This document shows positions 32,551 to 40,242 of a stretch of DNA of 40,242 nucleotides, in pieces; the stretch's first letter is position 1, and each line of letters begins with the position of its first letter. The notes beneath the pieces were generated by a model. It made no database searches. It was not told the origin of the DNA and saw only the letters and a list, made by a program, of their open reading frames with translations. Source of the DNA: a virus. Taxonomy: Duplodnaviria > Caudoviricetes. The position numbers and the translations under genes are program-made. The stretch lies in IMG/VR virus record IMGVR_UViG_3300029891_000081, positions 1 through 40,242 of that record; one strand, given 5' to 3'.

Positions 32551-34839
32551 TCATGACTGCTCGCCCTCCGGATAGACCCACACATGCGGGTTCTCGACTT
32601 CGAGCATCGCGCCGGTCTGAGGGGATTTGTAATGGGTGGGCAGAACAGCGACGGTGGCTGGCAAGACCTCGCCGGTCTCGGGATTCACAGCGTCTCCTTC
32701 GACCGGAGCCGCCATGCCCTCGACGCACAGGAAGCCGAAGCGGGACCTGGACGGCCCAAGCCCATAGGGCGTGCCGTCGCGCACGAACTTCACAAAGCCT
32801 TTGGTTGCGAGGACGTTCAGCCGGTCGCGGATCGTGTCTTTGCCGCCAAGCCCGCCCCGGTTCTCGAAGGCTTCTGCGAACTGATTGATGGTGTAGAGCC
32901 GCCCTTCGAGCGCCTCGTCGAGGAGGACGCCGAGGATGACGTCGTGCTTGCGCACCCGCTCCGCATCCAGCTTGTCGCCCAGCGCTTTGCGCACCAGGCG
33001 CTCGCTCGACCGATCGATCGAGACCCAGCGCCCATCGGCCTTGTCGATGATCATCGGTTCGATGCCGGGGCCGTTGCGCAGCTCGAAATGCAGCATCCGC
33101 TCGGGCCGATCTTCGTCGGGCCGGTGCATGATGATGCCGGAGCTGTAGAAGCTGCGGAGGCTGCCCGCGCCCGAGAGCGCCATGAACGGGTCCTCGACGA
33201 GCTGCTTCTTGGTGATCTTGCGGGTGTGGTGGCAGAGGATCAGGCCGGCATCGGGAGCGACCGCATCGCGCAATGCCTCGACCCGCTCCTGCAGGAAGAA
33301 GAGCATCGCGGTGTTGTCGTTCTCGCCGCCGCCTTCTGGGCCACCGTCGAAGAGGTTGCGGATCGGATCGATGCAGAGAATGTCGGGCGCGCCGTGTCCG
33401 TAGTGGGCACGGACGGCAGCGACGGCGAGTGCGACGCCGCCGGCGTCAAGCAGCATGCGGACCTTGGGCGTGGCGACGAGATTGTCGCGCGCCACGGCCA
33501 GGAGCGCCGGATCGATCCGGATCGCCTGAAGGCGCTCCCGGAGGTAGTGGTACTGGATCTCGGCCTGCAGATAGAAGATCCGCAGCGGCTGGCTCGGCGC
33601 GAAGCCGAGGAAGGGCACGCCCGCCGCCATGTGGACCAGCAGGCTGATCAGGAAGTCGCTCTTGCCGACCTTGGGTGCGCCGCCCAGCACCAGCATGCCG
33701 CCCGGCGTCAGCACGCGCGGTGCAATGATGTCGTCCGGCATCGGACTGGTATCGTCGAGGAGCGCGCCCAGCGTGAAAGCCGGCAAGGCGGACATGGGGG
33801 GAGTGGAGAGCCGTTCGAGCGCCGGGCCGTGGCGTTCCTCATGCAGCCGCCAGAGGCGCTGGGCTTCCGAGGCGAGCCGTTCAAGCGGCCAGCTCGGACG
33901 CAGCTGCGCGGCGTTGTACTGACAGATCGCTTCCCACGCCTCGTCGCGGCTCATGCGCCCCTCGTGCGCCAGCCGCACGTAGTGGCCGATGGCAGCGCTC
34001 GCGCCCTGAAATCGCGTCCAGTCGTCTTCGCCGCCTTCGCGGACCGGGGTGGTCAGAATCTCGGTGATCGAGGGCTTGTCGTTCGATGGTCCAGGCTCTG
34101 ATCCCACGCCAGCAAGCGGCGGCATGGTATCGACCAGCTCGGCGAAGTCGCGCAGGTGGACCTCGACGCGGGGGCTGTGGCGACGGATGTTGACCAGCCG
34201 CTTGAACCCGCCCTTGTGATAGACGGAGCCGGCCAGACGGATCGGCTGGTGGGCGGAACGGAAATGCGTGTCGCCGCCGACCTTCACCGCGATGTCGCCG
34301 CGCAGCCGACAGAGAAGCGCGATGTCCTCACCCTCGGCCGGTTCGCTCAAGCGCCACCAGACATGCAGCTTGTCGAGACCGTCCGGCGTGCGGCCGCCGC
34401 TTTCGACGAGCAGGGTGGGTTCGCCCAGATGCCGGATGAGGTGGTCGAGCTTGGCGACGATGTCGCCCGCATCGAGATCGACCAGAACCGTCTGCATCTG
34501 CAGGACGTCGGCGGCCTTGGCCTTGCCGGTCTCGGCGACGGTTCCCGGCACCACATAGAAAGCGGCACCCTCGCGCGCCGCCCAGCTGGCGAAAGAAACC
34601 GCCTTCTCCAGCAGGCTGTCGTCGATCTCGATCCACGCGTTGTGGGGACGACCGTCTATGCCCTGGCCCTTGTCCACGAACCCGCGCAGCGGCGCCCAGC
34701 CCTCGCAATAGCCGAAGACGACATCGAGAAAGACGGCGATCTGCTGGGGATCCGGCTCGATGTCGAAGGGATCGGCCTGGGGTGCGGCGTCGTTGAAATC
34801 TCGCCACGCGTCGAGGGAGACGATGTTGTTCTCGCTCAT
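32551..34839 (-). CDS. Primase-helicase (N-terminal RepB-like primase, C-terminal AAA_25/RecA-like helicase)
   Basis: VDLD, VESGG...KLHVWW.L, QPIRLAGSV; Walker A GAPKVGKS, Walker B ILCIDP, CHHTRK, SGAG.L. ATGA-coupled start at 34839. Confidence 0.88.
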   Translation of the reverse strand: MSENNIVSLDAWRDFNDAAPQADPFDIEPDPQQIAVFLDVVFGYCEGWAPLRGFVDKGQGIDGRPHNAWIEIDDSLLEKAVSFASWAAREGAAFYVVPGTVAETGKAKAADVLQMQTVLVDLDAGDIVAKLDHLIRHLGEPTLLVESGGRTPDGLDKLHVWWRLSEPAEGEDIALLCRLRGDIAVKVGGDTHFRSAHQPIRLAGSVYHKGGFKRLVNIRRHSPRVEVHLRDFAELVDTMPPLAGVGSEPGPSNDKPSITEILTTPVREGGEDDWTRFQGASAAIGHYVRLAHEGRMSRDEAWEAICQYNAAQLRPSWPLERLASEAQRLWRLHEERHGPALERLSTPPMSALPAFTLGALLDDTSPMPDDIIAPRVLTPGGMLVLGGAPKVGKSDFLISLLVHMAAGVPFLGFAPSQPLRIFYLQAEIQYHYLRERLQAIRIDPALLAVARDNLVATPKVRMLLDAGGVALAVAAVRAHYGHGAPDILCIDPIRNLFDGGPEGGGENDNTAMLFFLQERVEALRDAVAPDAGLILCHHTRKITKKQLVEDPFMALSGAGSLRSFYSSGIIMHRPDEDRPERMLHFELRNGPGIEPMIIDKADGRWVSIDRSSERLVRKALGDKLDAERVRKHDVILGVLLDEALEGRLYTINQFAEAFENRGGLGGKDTIRDRLNVLATKGFVKFVRDGTPYGLGPSRSRFGFLCVEGMAAPVEGDAVNPETGEVLPATVAVLPTHYKSPQTGAMLEVENPHVWVYPEGEQS

Positions 34840-35603
34840 GCCGGCAGCCCCCAGCAGCGTTCCGCCCACGGGCACATGCGGCACTCGTGGAAATCGCGGG
34901 TGGTGGCGATCCGCGGCAGCAGCTCCCCGGCGTCGGTTGCCTGCAGGATCCGTACGCCCCGGTCGGACATGCGCTGCGCGAGCCCCGCGTCGAACGCCAC
35001 CAGTTCATGGTGCAGCTCGGCCGTGTCCTTGTTGATCGCGGTGAACAGCGCCGGGTTCTCGCAAATGCCCGGGACCTGCGCTTCCATGTAGGCCTGGTAG
35101 AGGGCGATCTGCGCCGCGTAGACCGGCTTCGCCAGACGCACGCCTTTGGCGACGGTCTCGCGCCAGTTCTTCGCGTTCATCGTCTTGCATTCCCAGAGCG
35201 CGGGAACGCCGATGCCCAGCGTCACTGGCGCAGCAGCGATGATCCCATCCACATGGCCGCGGATGCGGCCGCCGGCGACGGAGAAGCCGAATTGCTCCCC
35301 ATCCGGACGATCGCCCTTGCGGGTGTAGAGATCGAACCCGGCAGCCCGGAGCCAGCGGACCGCGAGATCTTCGAGCGCGTGTCCGATTTCGAAGATCCGC
35401 AGCGTCTGGCCACCGAAGTCGGCGCCATCGTCCTTCGCAGCTCCGGTGAACTCGAACTGAAGTGCACGCTCGCAAGGAGCTCCGAGCCGCGAGCCGCCGA
35501 GATAGATTCGCAGCGCCATCGCCGCGCGTTCAGCAATGATCGCCTTGTCGATGACTGCGTTGATGCGGTCGGCGCAGGTAGGACGGCGGTTGTAGTCGAG
35601 CAT
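34836..35603 (-). CDS. PD-(D/E)XK nuclease, Cas4/AddB-like with four Cys
   Basis: YLG.S.LG..CER, G...E, GHVDG, WECKT, Q..LY, C..C.W...C. Confidence 0.85.
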   Translation of the reverse strand: MLDYNRRPTCADRINAVIDKAIIAERAAMALRIYLGGSRLGAPCERALQFEFTGAAKDDGADFGGQTLRIFEIGHALEDLAVRWLRAAGFDLYTRKGDRPDGEQFGFSVAGGRIRGHVDGIIAAAPVTLGIGVPALWECKTMNAKNWRETVAKGVRLAKPVYAAQIALYQAYMEAQVPGICENPALFTAINKDTAELHHELVAFDAGLAQRMSDRGVRILQATDAGELLPRIATTRDFHECRMCPWAERCWGLPA

Positions 35604-36016
35604 CAGAACGGCACCTCCGCCTCAGCGTCTGCCGCCATGGCGTGCATGGCGTCCTGGAAGCCGCCGACGGCGACCTCTATCAGCGTGAGCACCTGCGCCT
35701 CCGAGAGATCGGAGAACCGCGCCTGCCAGCCGATCTCCTCCATGATCTCGGCGACCGGCTTCATTGCGGCACGGATCGCGGCCTGCTCCTGTTCGGTGAG
35801 ATCAACCATGGCCCAGCCCCCACCGCTGCCCGAGCGCGTCCAGAAGGATTGGCAGGGCATCGAGCAGAACCAGACCGATAGCCGGGGCCGTTTCGAGCGG
35901 TGCGGATCGAACCAGCCAAAACCACGGGTGGGTTGCCGACAGACAGCACAGAGCGTTCCACGCGGATGCCAGAGCCGCCGCCGGTCCTCGGCCGTGATGC
36001 GGGTGAGACAGGCCAT
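35603..36016 (-). CDS. DUF6511-like protein with N-terminal Cys motifs
   Basis: CAVC...FCSMPCQ then DLTE.E..A......V...M.EIGW; ends EVPF. Confidence 0.72.
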   Translation of the reverse strand: MACLTRITAEDRRRLWHPRGTLCAVCRQPTRGFGWFDPHRSKRPRLSVWFCSMPCQSFWTRSGSGGGWAMVDLTEQEQAAIRAAMKPVAEIMEEIGWQARFSDLSEAQVLTLIEVAVGGFQDAMHAMAADAEAEVPF

Positions 36017-36019
36017 GGC

Positions 36020-37723
36020 TCATGCCGCCCTCCCGATGGCTGCTTCGGGTGCGGCATCGGCCGCCCCGAAGACGAGGGAGCGGATGGCGTCGCGGTTGAA
36101 GCGAAAGGCCAGCAGCGCCGATGCCTGGTAGCGGGTGAGCCCGAAATCCTGCCGGTATTCGGGCGGCAGGAAGGCAAGCTGCCGGTCGGTGGGCGGCTGG
36201 TTCAGCCAGCGGCGGGTCTTGTGCGCGCTCTCGTCGCTCTCATGCTCGTTGAGCCAGTCGTCCGCCGCCGCCAGACAGATAGTGCGCTCGCCCACAGCCA
36301 ACAGATGAGGCCGCTGCTTCTGCAGGCCCCCGATGCCGTACCAGCGGCCGTTCAGGAAAAAGACACCGCCCCAGGCATTGAAGCCGTTGGCGATGAGCGC
36401 GGCATCGTCGCCGAAGAGATCGCACCAACGGAAACTCGACCGCTTCAGCAGTTCGATCTCGGACATCACGAAGTCGCGGAGCGGCGCTGCTTCGCCGCCT
36501 TCGGGACGCTCCCAGACATGACCGCACAGCGGGCATTCGGTGGTGGCGAGCGGCACGATGGCGCCGCAGTCCGGGCAATCCTTGGTCGGCGCCTCGCCGG
36601 AGGGCTCGCGTCCGTCCAGGTCGACGTCCTGCTCCAGCGAACCGTGCAGCAGCGTCGACGTGCCGAAGTCGAGCACGACGCAGTCGGTCTTGACGACGCC
36701 GGGATGGTCTTCGGGCGAGACCGTGCGCAGGCCGCGACCGACCATCTGGATCATGGTCGACTTGTAGGAGCTCGGCCGCAGCAGCACGACGCAGCTCGTC
36801 GGCGGGTGATCCCACCCCTCGGTCAGGACCGCGACATTGACGACGACCCGCAGATCACCGGCGGCATAGGCCGCAAGCGTCGCCTTGCGGGCGGTGTCGG
36901 GCATGTCGCCATGGATCAGCCCTGCTGAAACGCCCACCTCATTAAACGCGGCGGTCACGTTGCGTGCGTGGTCGACCGTCGAGCAGAACACCACCGTTTG
37001 GCGCTCGCCTGCCTTTTCCCGCCAGTGGCGGATGACGGCGTCCGTGACCGGCGACCGGTTCATGATCGCGTCGACTTCGGCCATGTCGAAATCGTCGGCC
37101 GTGCGGCGCACCTTGGTGAGCTGGTCCTGGACGCCGACATCGATCACGAAGGTGCGCGGCGGCACGAGATGGCCGGAGGCGATGAGCTCCCCGATCCGTA
37201 TCTGATCGGCGACGTTCGAGAACACCGGGCGAAGACCGCGCTTGTCGCCCCGGTTGGGCGTCGCGGTGACGCCGTAGATCCGGCACATGGGATTACGCCG
37301 GAGCGCGGTGTCGATGATGCGCCGATAACTGTCGGCGGCCGCGTGATGCGCCTCGTCGATCACCAGGAGGTCGAGCGCGGGCAGCTGGTCGAGATTGCCG
37401 GAGCGCGCCAGCGTCGGCACCATCGCGAAGGTGACCTGTCCAGCCCACGACTTCTCCTTCGCATCGACGACCGAGGTCGTGATCCTGGGATTTACCCGCC
37501 CGAACTTGCTGCGGTTCTGAGCGGTCAGCTCGTCGCGGTGGGCGAGCACGCAGGCCTTGGCGCCCGTGCTCTTCGGGGTCTCGCCGACCATGCGACCGAC
37601 GACGCCCGAGAGCATGATCGTCTTGCCGGCTCCGGTCGGAGCGACACCGAGAGTGTTTCCGTGTTCGCCGAGCGCGCGGACGCTACGCTCGACGAACTGC
37701 TTCTGGCGGGGGCGCAGCAGCAT
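36020..37723 (-). CDS. SF2 DEAD/DEAH helicase with zinc ribbon
   Basis: LRPRQ, APTGAGKT, AHR.EL, IDEAHH, TATP.R.D, LTEGWD, QM.GRGLR, CPDC...CPLCG. Confidence 0.93.
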   Translation of the reverse strand: MLLRPRQKQFVERSVRALGEHGNTLGVAPTGAGKTIMLSGVVGRMVGETPKSTGAKACVLAHRDELTAQNRSKFGRVNPRITTSVVDAKEKSWAGQVTFAMVPTLARSGNLDQLPALDLLVIDEAHHAAADSYRRIIDTALRRNPMCRIYGVTATPNRGDKRGLRPVFSNVADQIRIGELIASGHLVPPRTFVIDVGVQDQLTKVRRTADDFDMAEVDAIMNRSPVTDAVIRHWREKAGERQTVVFCSTVDHARNVTAAFNEVGVSAGLIHGDMPDTARKATLAAYAAGDLRVVVNVAVLTEGWDHPPTSCVVLLRPSSYKSTMIQMVGRGLRTVSPEDHPGVVKTDCVVLDFGTSTLLHGSLEQDVDLDGREPSGEAPTKDCPDCGAIVPLATTECPLCGHVWERPEGGEAAPLRDFVMSEIELLKRSSFRWCDLFGDDAALIANGFNAWGGVFFLNGRWYGIGGLQKQRPHLLAVGERTICLAAADDWLNEHESDESAHKTRRWLNQPPTDRQLAFLPPEYRQDFGLTRYQASALLAFRFNRDAIRSLVFGAADAAPEAAIGRAA

Positions 37724-37733
37724 GGCGTGCCCC

Positions 37734-38336
37734 TCACTGTGCCCAGGACGGGCGCACGCCCGCCATCGGTGCTGAAGATTGCGGCATCGAGGACTGGGAA
37801 GGCTGGGCCTGCGGCTGCGTCGGCGCCACCGTGCCGACCACGCCCATGATGGCGGCATACTCCTTGTGGTCCGGCGTCACCGCCGTGCGGATCTCGTTCT
37901 TCTCATCGCCATTGGTGTCCGTGCCGATGTCGATTTTTGCGACGAACTCAAGCCCGTCGAGATCGGCAAAGCCGCTGATGCGGCGGGCGGCCTGCGCCTG
38001 AGCGGAGTTGTCCTTGTCGGAGATGCCGCGAGCGGAGTTCAGCATGCCGCGCACGAGGCTGCGGCCCATGTTCGCCCAGTCCGGACCCTTGGGGCTGTAG
38101 AGCCCGATCAGCGTGAAGATCTTGCGCCGGGCATAGGGCCCTTCGAGAACCGTGAACTCGCCCGAGAGGTAGACCGAACCGGTCGTGCCGCGGGTGGCAT
38201 AGCCCCCGGTCCAGCCCTGCGACGGGTCGTCGAAACCGCCGGGGCGGATGGTCAGGCGCACCTTGGCCAGTGTGCCTTTCGGGATGATGTTGGCGTTCTG
38301 CTTGGCGTCGTTGAAGTCGTTCCAGGATCCAGACAT
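37734..38336 (-). CDS. Putative single-stranded DNA-binding protein (DUF669-like)
   Basis: DFNDA....IIPKG, YL..EF.V.EG.YA.RK, N.I, and a Gln/Pro-rich tail ending RPSWAQ. GAGGAG RBS. Next to the Sak4-like gene. Confidence 0.7.
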   Translation of the reverse strand: MSGSWNDFNDAKQNANIIPKGTLAKVRLTIRPGGFDDPSQGWTGGYATRGTTGSVYLSGEFTVLEGPYARRKIFTLIGLYSPKGPDWANMGRSLVRGMLNSARGISDKDNSAQAQAARRISGFADLDGLEFVAKIDIGTDTNGDEKNEIRTAVTPDHKEYAAIMGVVGTVAPTQPQAQPSQSSMPQSSAPMAGVRPSWAQ

Positions 38337-38353
38337 GACTGGGGTCTCCTCGT

Positions 38354-39241
38354 TCAGATGTTTTCGGAAGGGGTGGAAGCGTCGGGGGTCGGAGCGGTCG
38401 CGGCAGGGGGCGGGCTGCGATAGGCCAGCCGCTCGGAGGCGGGCTTCACGGGCCCGCGGATCTTCGCCATCAGGCGGCCGAGATGCGGCTCCTCGATCAG
38501 GTCGAGGCGGCCGGAGCGGTCCTTCGCGGGGAAGTTCCACTGATTGATCGTCTGGCAGATGAACGCCCGATACGGCGCGCCAGCGTCGTCCTTGATCTCC
38601 GCCATCGTCAGGACTTCATCGACGATGCCGGGAAGCTCGAGGCCGGTCTTCGAACCATCGATCTGCGGCTGGAAGATCCGCCGATTGAAGTCGTCGAGCT
38701 TCTCGTCGAGGATCCCGACGAACCAGACGTTCTTCGCCCGCGTGTGCTGCAGATGCGTCAGCCACGCGATCATCTCGCGGCCATGCAGGCCGTAGGCGCC
38801 GCGGATGTCGGGCTTGCCAGTCTTGTCGGAAAACGCCTCCGGCTGGCCCTTGCTCCACTGGAAACAGAGCCTGCCAGCGACGGTGATCGAGTCGATGAAG
38901 ATGGTCTGGTAGCGGTCGAGCGCGGCCGGATCGCCGAAGCGCTCGCACACCGCCGCGTAGTGGGCGTCGCTGTAGACCTGGTCGTCCCGCAGCGCCGGAT
39001 TGGGTCCGCCGATGAAGACCGCGAAGTCGCGGCATTCGGCCCAGGTGCGTGGCCGGACGCTGTCGCCGGACCATCCCTCGATGGCGAGATCGCCCGCCTC
39101 GAGATCGATGAAGAGCGTGGTGGCGGCGTCGAGCGTCCAGAGCAGGCTGGTCTTGCCGATCCCGGACTTGCCGAAGATCGTGCCCTTGATGCCGCGTTGC
39201 TCGGCGAGACGCTGATCGGCCGAGATGATCGGGAGGGTCAT
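38354..39241 (-). CDS. AAA_24 ATPase, Sak4-like recombinase
   Basis: GKSGIGKT, LFIDLEAG, IFIDSIT, LPGIVDEV, AKDRSG.L...E.P.L. Confidence 0.88.
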   Translation of the reverse strand: MTLPIISADQRLAEQRGIKGTIFGKSGIGKTSLLWTLDAATTLFIDLEAGDLAIEGWSGDSVRPRTWAECRDFAVFIGGPNPALRDDQVYSDAHYAAVCERFGDPAALDRYQTIFIDSITVAGRLCFQWSKGQPEAFSDKTGKPDIRGAYGLHGREMIAWLTHLQHTRAKNVWFVGILDEKLDDFNRRIFQPQIDGSKTGLELPGIVDEVLTMAEIKDDAGAPYRAFICQTINQWNFPAKDRSGRLDLIEEPHLGRLMAKIRGPVKPASERLAYRSPPPAATAPTPDASTPSENI

Positions 39242-39537
39242 CGCTTGCCTCCCTTCGCCGCGATCACGGCGTCGATCGCGATGTCCACTCCCAACGCGCC
39301 GGATTTGCGGGCATCGTCATGAAGGGTGCGCACCGCATCGATCTCGCGGTAGAGCGCCGATGCCCGCTCGTTCAGCCCGATGAGGGCGAACGCCAGGTCG
39401 TCGATCGACGCCGTCCCAACCGGCTTGACGGTCTCGTCGCGACGGTCGCCAAGGGCCGGCACCCGGATGGTCTCGGGCAGCTTGTCCAGCCCGTAATGGT
39501 GCTCGCGGAGCACCGCGAGTTTCGTCGTGATGCTCAT
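39238..39537 (-). CDS. Hypothetical protein
   Basis: ATGA overlaps at both ends; LPETI.VP...A.IDD.AFA. Confidence 0.7.
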   Translation of the reverse strand: MSITTKLAVLREHHYGLDKLPETIRVPALGDRRDETVKPVGTASIDDLAFALIGLNERASALYREIDAVRTLHDDARKSGALGVDIAIDAVIAAKGGKR

Positions 39538-40022
39538 GACGTCACCTCGTCGGTCAGGGAAAGGCGGAAGCTGGGCTTGCCGGTGCGGACGGTGCGCGCG
39601 TCCTTGAAGGCGGAGCGGATGTGGCTCGGCCAGGCCGCGAACTTGCGCTCGGGCACCTTGATCGCGACGTCGACGTATTCGGCGGGGTCGTCGCCCTCGG
39701 CCCGGATGCGCTCGACGAGAGCGGCGAGCTTGTCCTGGTCCCAGTCGACGCGCTTCGGCAGGTCGGCGATCACGGTGACCGCGCCGTCGTCGAAGCGGAT
39801 CGTGCCGGTGTCCTTGCCGGCGGCCTGGCGCGACGCGTGGGCACGATCGCCGTACTTGAGCGCGACGGCCCCATCGAGCCAGTCGCAGACGGTCTTGGCG
39901 CGGCGCAGGGCGTCGGCGGCCTCGTCCTGCAGGAGGGCGAGCTGTTCGGCCGGCAGAGCGGAGATGTCGCCGACGGCCATGCGCCGGAGTTCATCGAGGG
40001 AGATGCGGTTGGAGATCGTCAT
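39534..40022 (-). CDS. Conserved phage hypothetical protein of the recombination module
   Basis: GK.TGT.RF.DG.V...ADLPKRVDWDQ..L...GDDP.EY......V.ERK...WP. Start re-called to ATG 40022. Confidence 0.78.
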   Translation of the reverse strand: MTISNRISLDELRRMAVGDISALPAEQLALLQDEAADALRRAKTVCDWLDGAVALKYGDRAHASRQAAGKDTGTIRFDDGAVTVIADLPKRVDWDQDKLAALVERIRAEGDDPAEYVDVAIKVPERKFAAWPSHIRSAFKDARTVRTGKPSFRLSLTDEVTS

Positions 40023-40032
40023 CACCGCCCCC

Positions 40033-40242
40033 TCACGCCGCAGGCTTAGCGGGAGTGTCGGCGGTGCTCGCGCGGATCTGCTCGCGCTCATACTCCTCGA
40101 CGTCTTCGAGGCGGTACACGACCCGACCGCCGAGTTTGACGAAGCGCGGGCCTTCGCCCGTCCAGCGCCACCGCTCAAGCGTGCGGTGGCTGATGTTCCA
40201 GCGCGCAGCCAGGTCGATCTGGTTGAGGTGTTTCGTAGCCAT
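40033..40242 (-). CDS. HTH_17/AlpA-like (excisionase-like) DNA-binding protein
   Basis: LNQ.DLA.RW.IS.RTLERWR..G.GP.F.KLGGRV.YR..DV..YE. Confidence 0.88.
   Translation of the reverse strand: MATKHLNQIDLAARWNISHRTLERWRWTGEGPRFVKLGGRVVYRLEDVEEYEREQIRASTADTPAKPAA

Larger units (their letters stand above)
1498..40242 (-). mobile_element. Prophage or temperate siphovirus (lambda-like head and terminase, GTA-like tail tip). It continues beyond the right edge; the left boundary is uncertain.
   Basis: Contiguous co-oriented replication, packaging, head, tail and lysis genes with many ATGA/GTGA overlaps. No integrase or att site seen in the window. Confidence 0.95.

Noticed and set aside
31604-32728. 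374-aa extended version of the RuvC-like ORF, and upstream extensions of other ORFs in the track (endolysin, DUF6127, gpD, helicase, ParD)
   Set aside because: The extensions cross other genes or non-coding repeats. RBS and overlap evidence supports the shorter starts.
34836-35603. Cas4-like nuclease as evidence of CRISPR-Cas
   Set aside because: No array or other cas genes; it sits in a normal phage recombination module.

Overview
The window holds about 39 kb of a high-GC temperate siphovirus-type prophage. Its gene families suggest an alphaproteobacterial host. Almost all core genes are on the minus strand. Read from right to left, the order is: (1) HTH gene and recombination/replication block (Sak4-like ATPase, SSB-like protein, SF2 helicase, Cas4-like nuclease, primase-helicase, putative origin, RuvC-like resolvase); (2) putative late regulator; (3) lambda-like cos candidate; (4) two DNA methyltransferases; (5) TerS and TerL; (6) lambda-type head genes (gpW, portal, S49 protease/scaffold, D, E); (7) tail genes with a G/GT -1 frameshift, tape measure and a GTA-like tail tip; (8) lysis cassette. 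Three type II toxin-antitoxin pairs (ParDE, HigBA, GNAT/DUF1778) are inserted between core genes. No integrase, repressor, att site, CRISPR array, rRNA or tRNA is visible. The strongest observations are three. First, a C5 methyltransferase locus is dual-coded for about 1.2 kb: motifs I-VIII and X lie in one frame, while five W(P/M)T(P/L) repeats and motif IX lie in the +1 frame. Second, a Pro-initiated class 3 (WCT) LAGLIDADG intein sits in the TerL Walker A motif. Third, a lambda-like cosQ/cosN/cosB arrangement lies 4.4 kb upstream of terS and its repeats carry clustered GANTC sites. All family assignments come from recognising motifs by eye, not from database searches.
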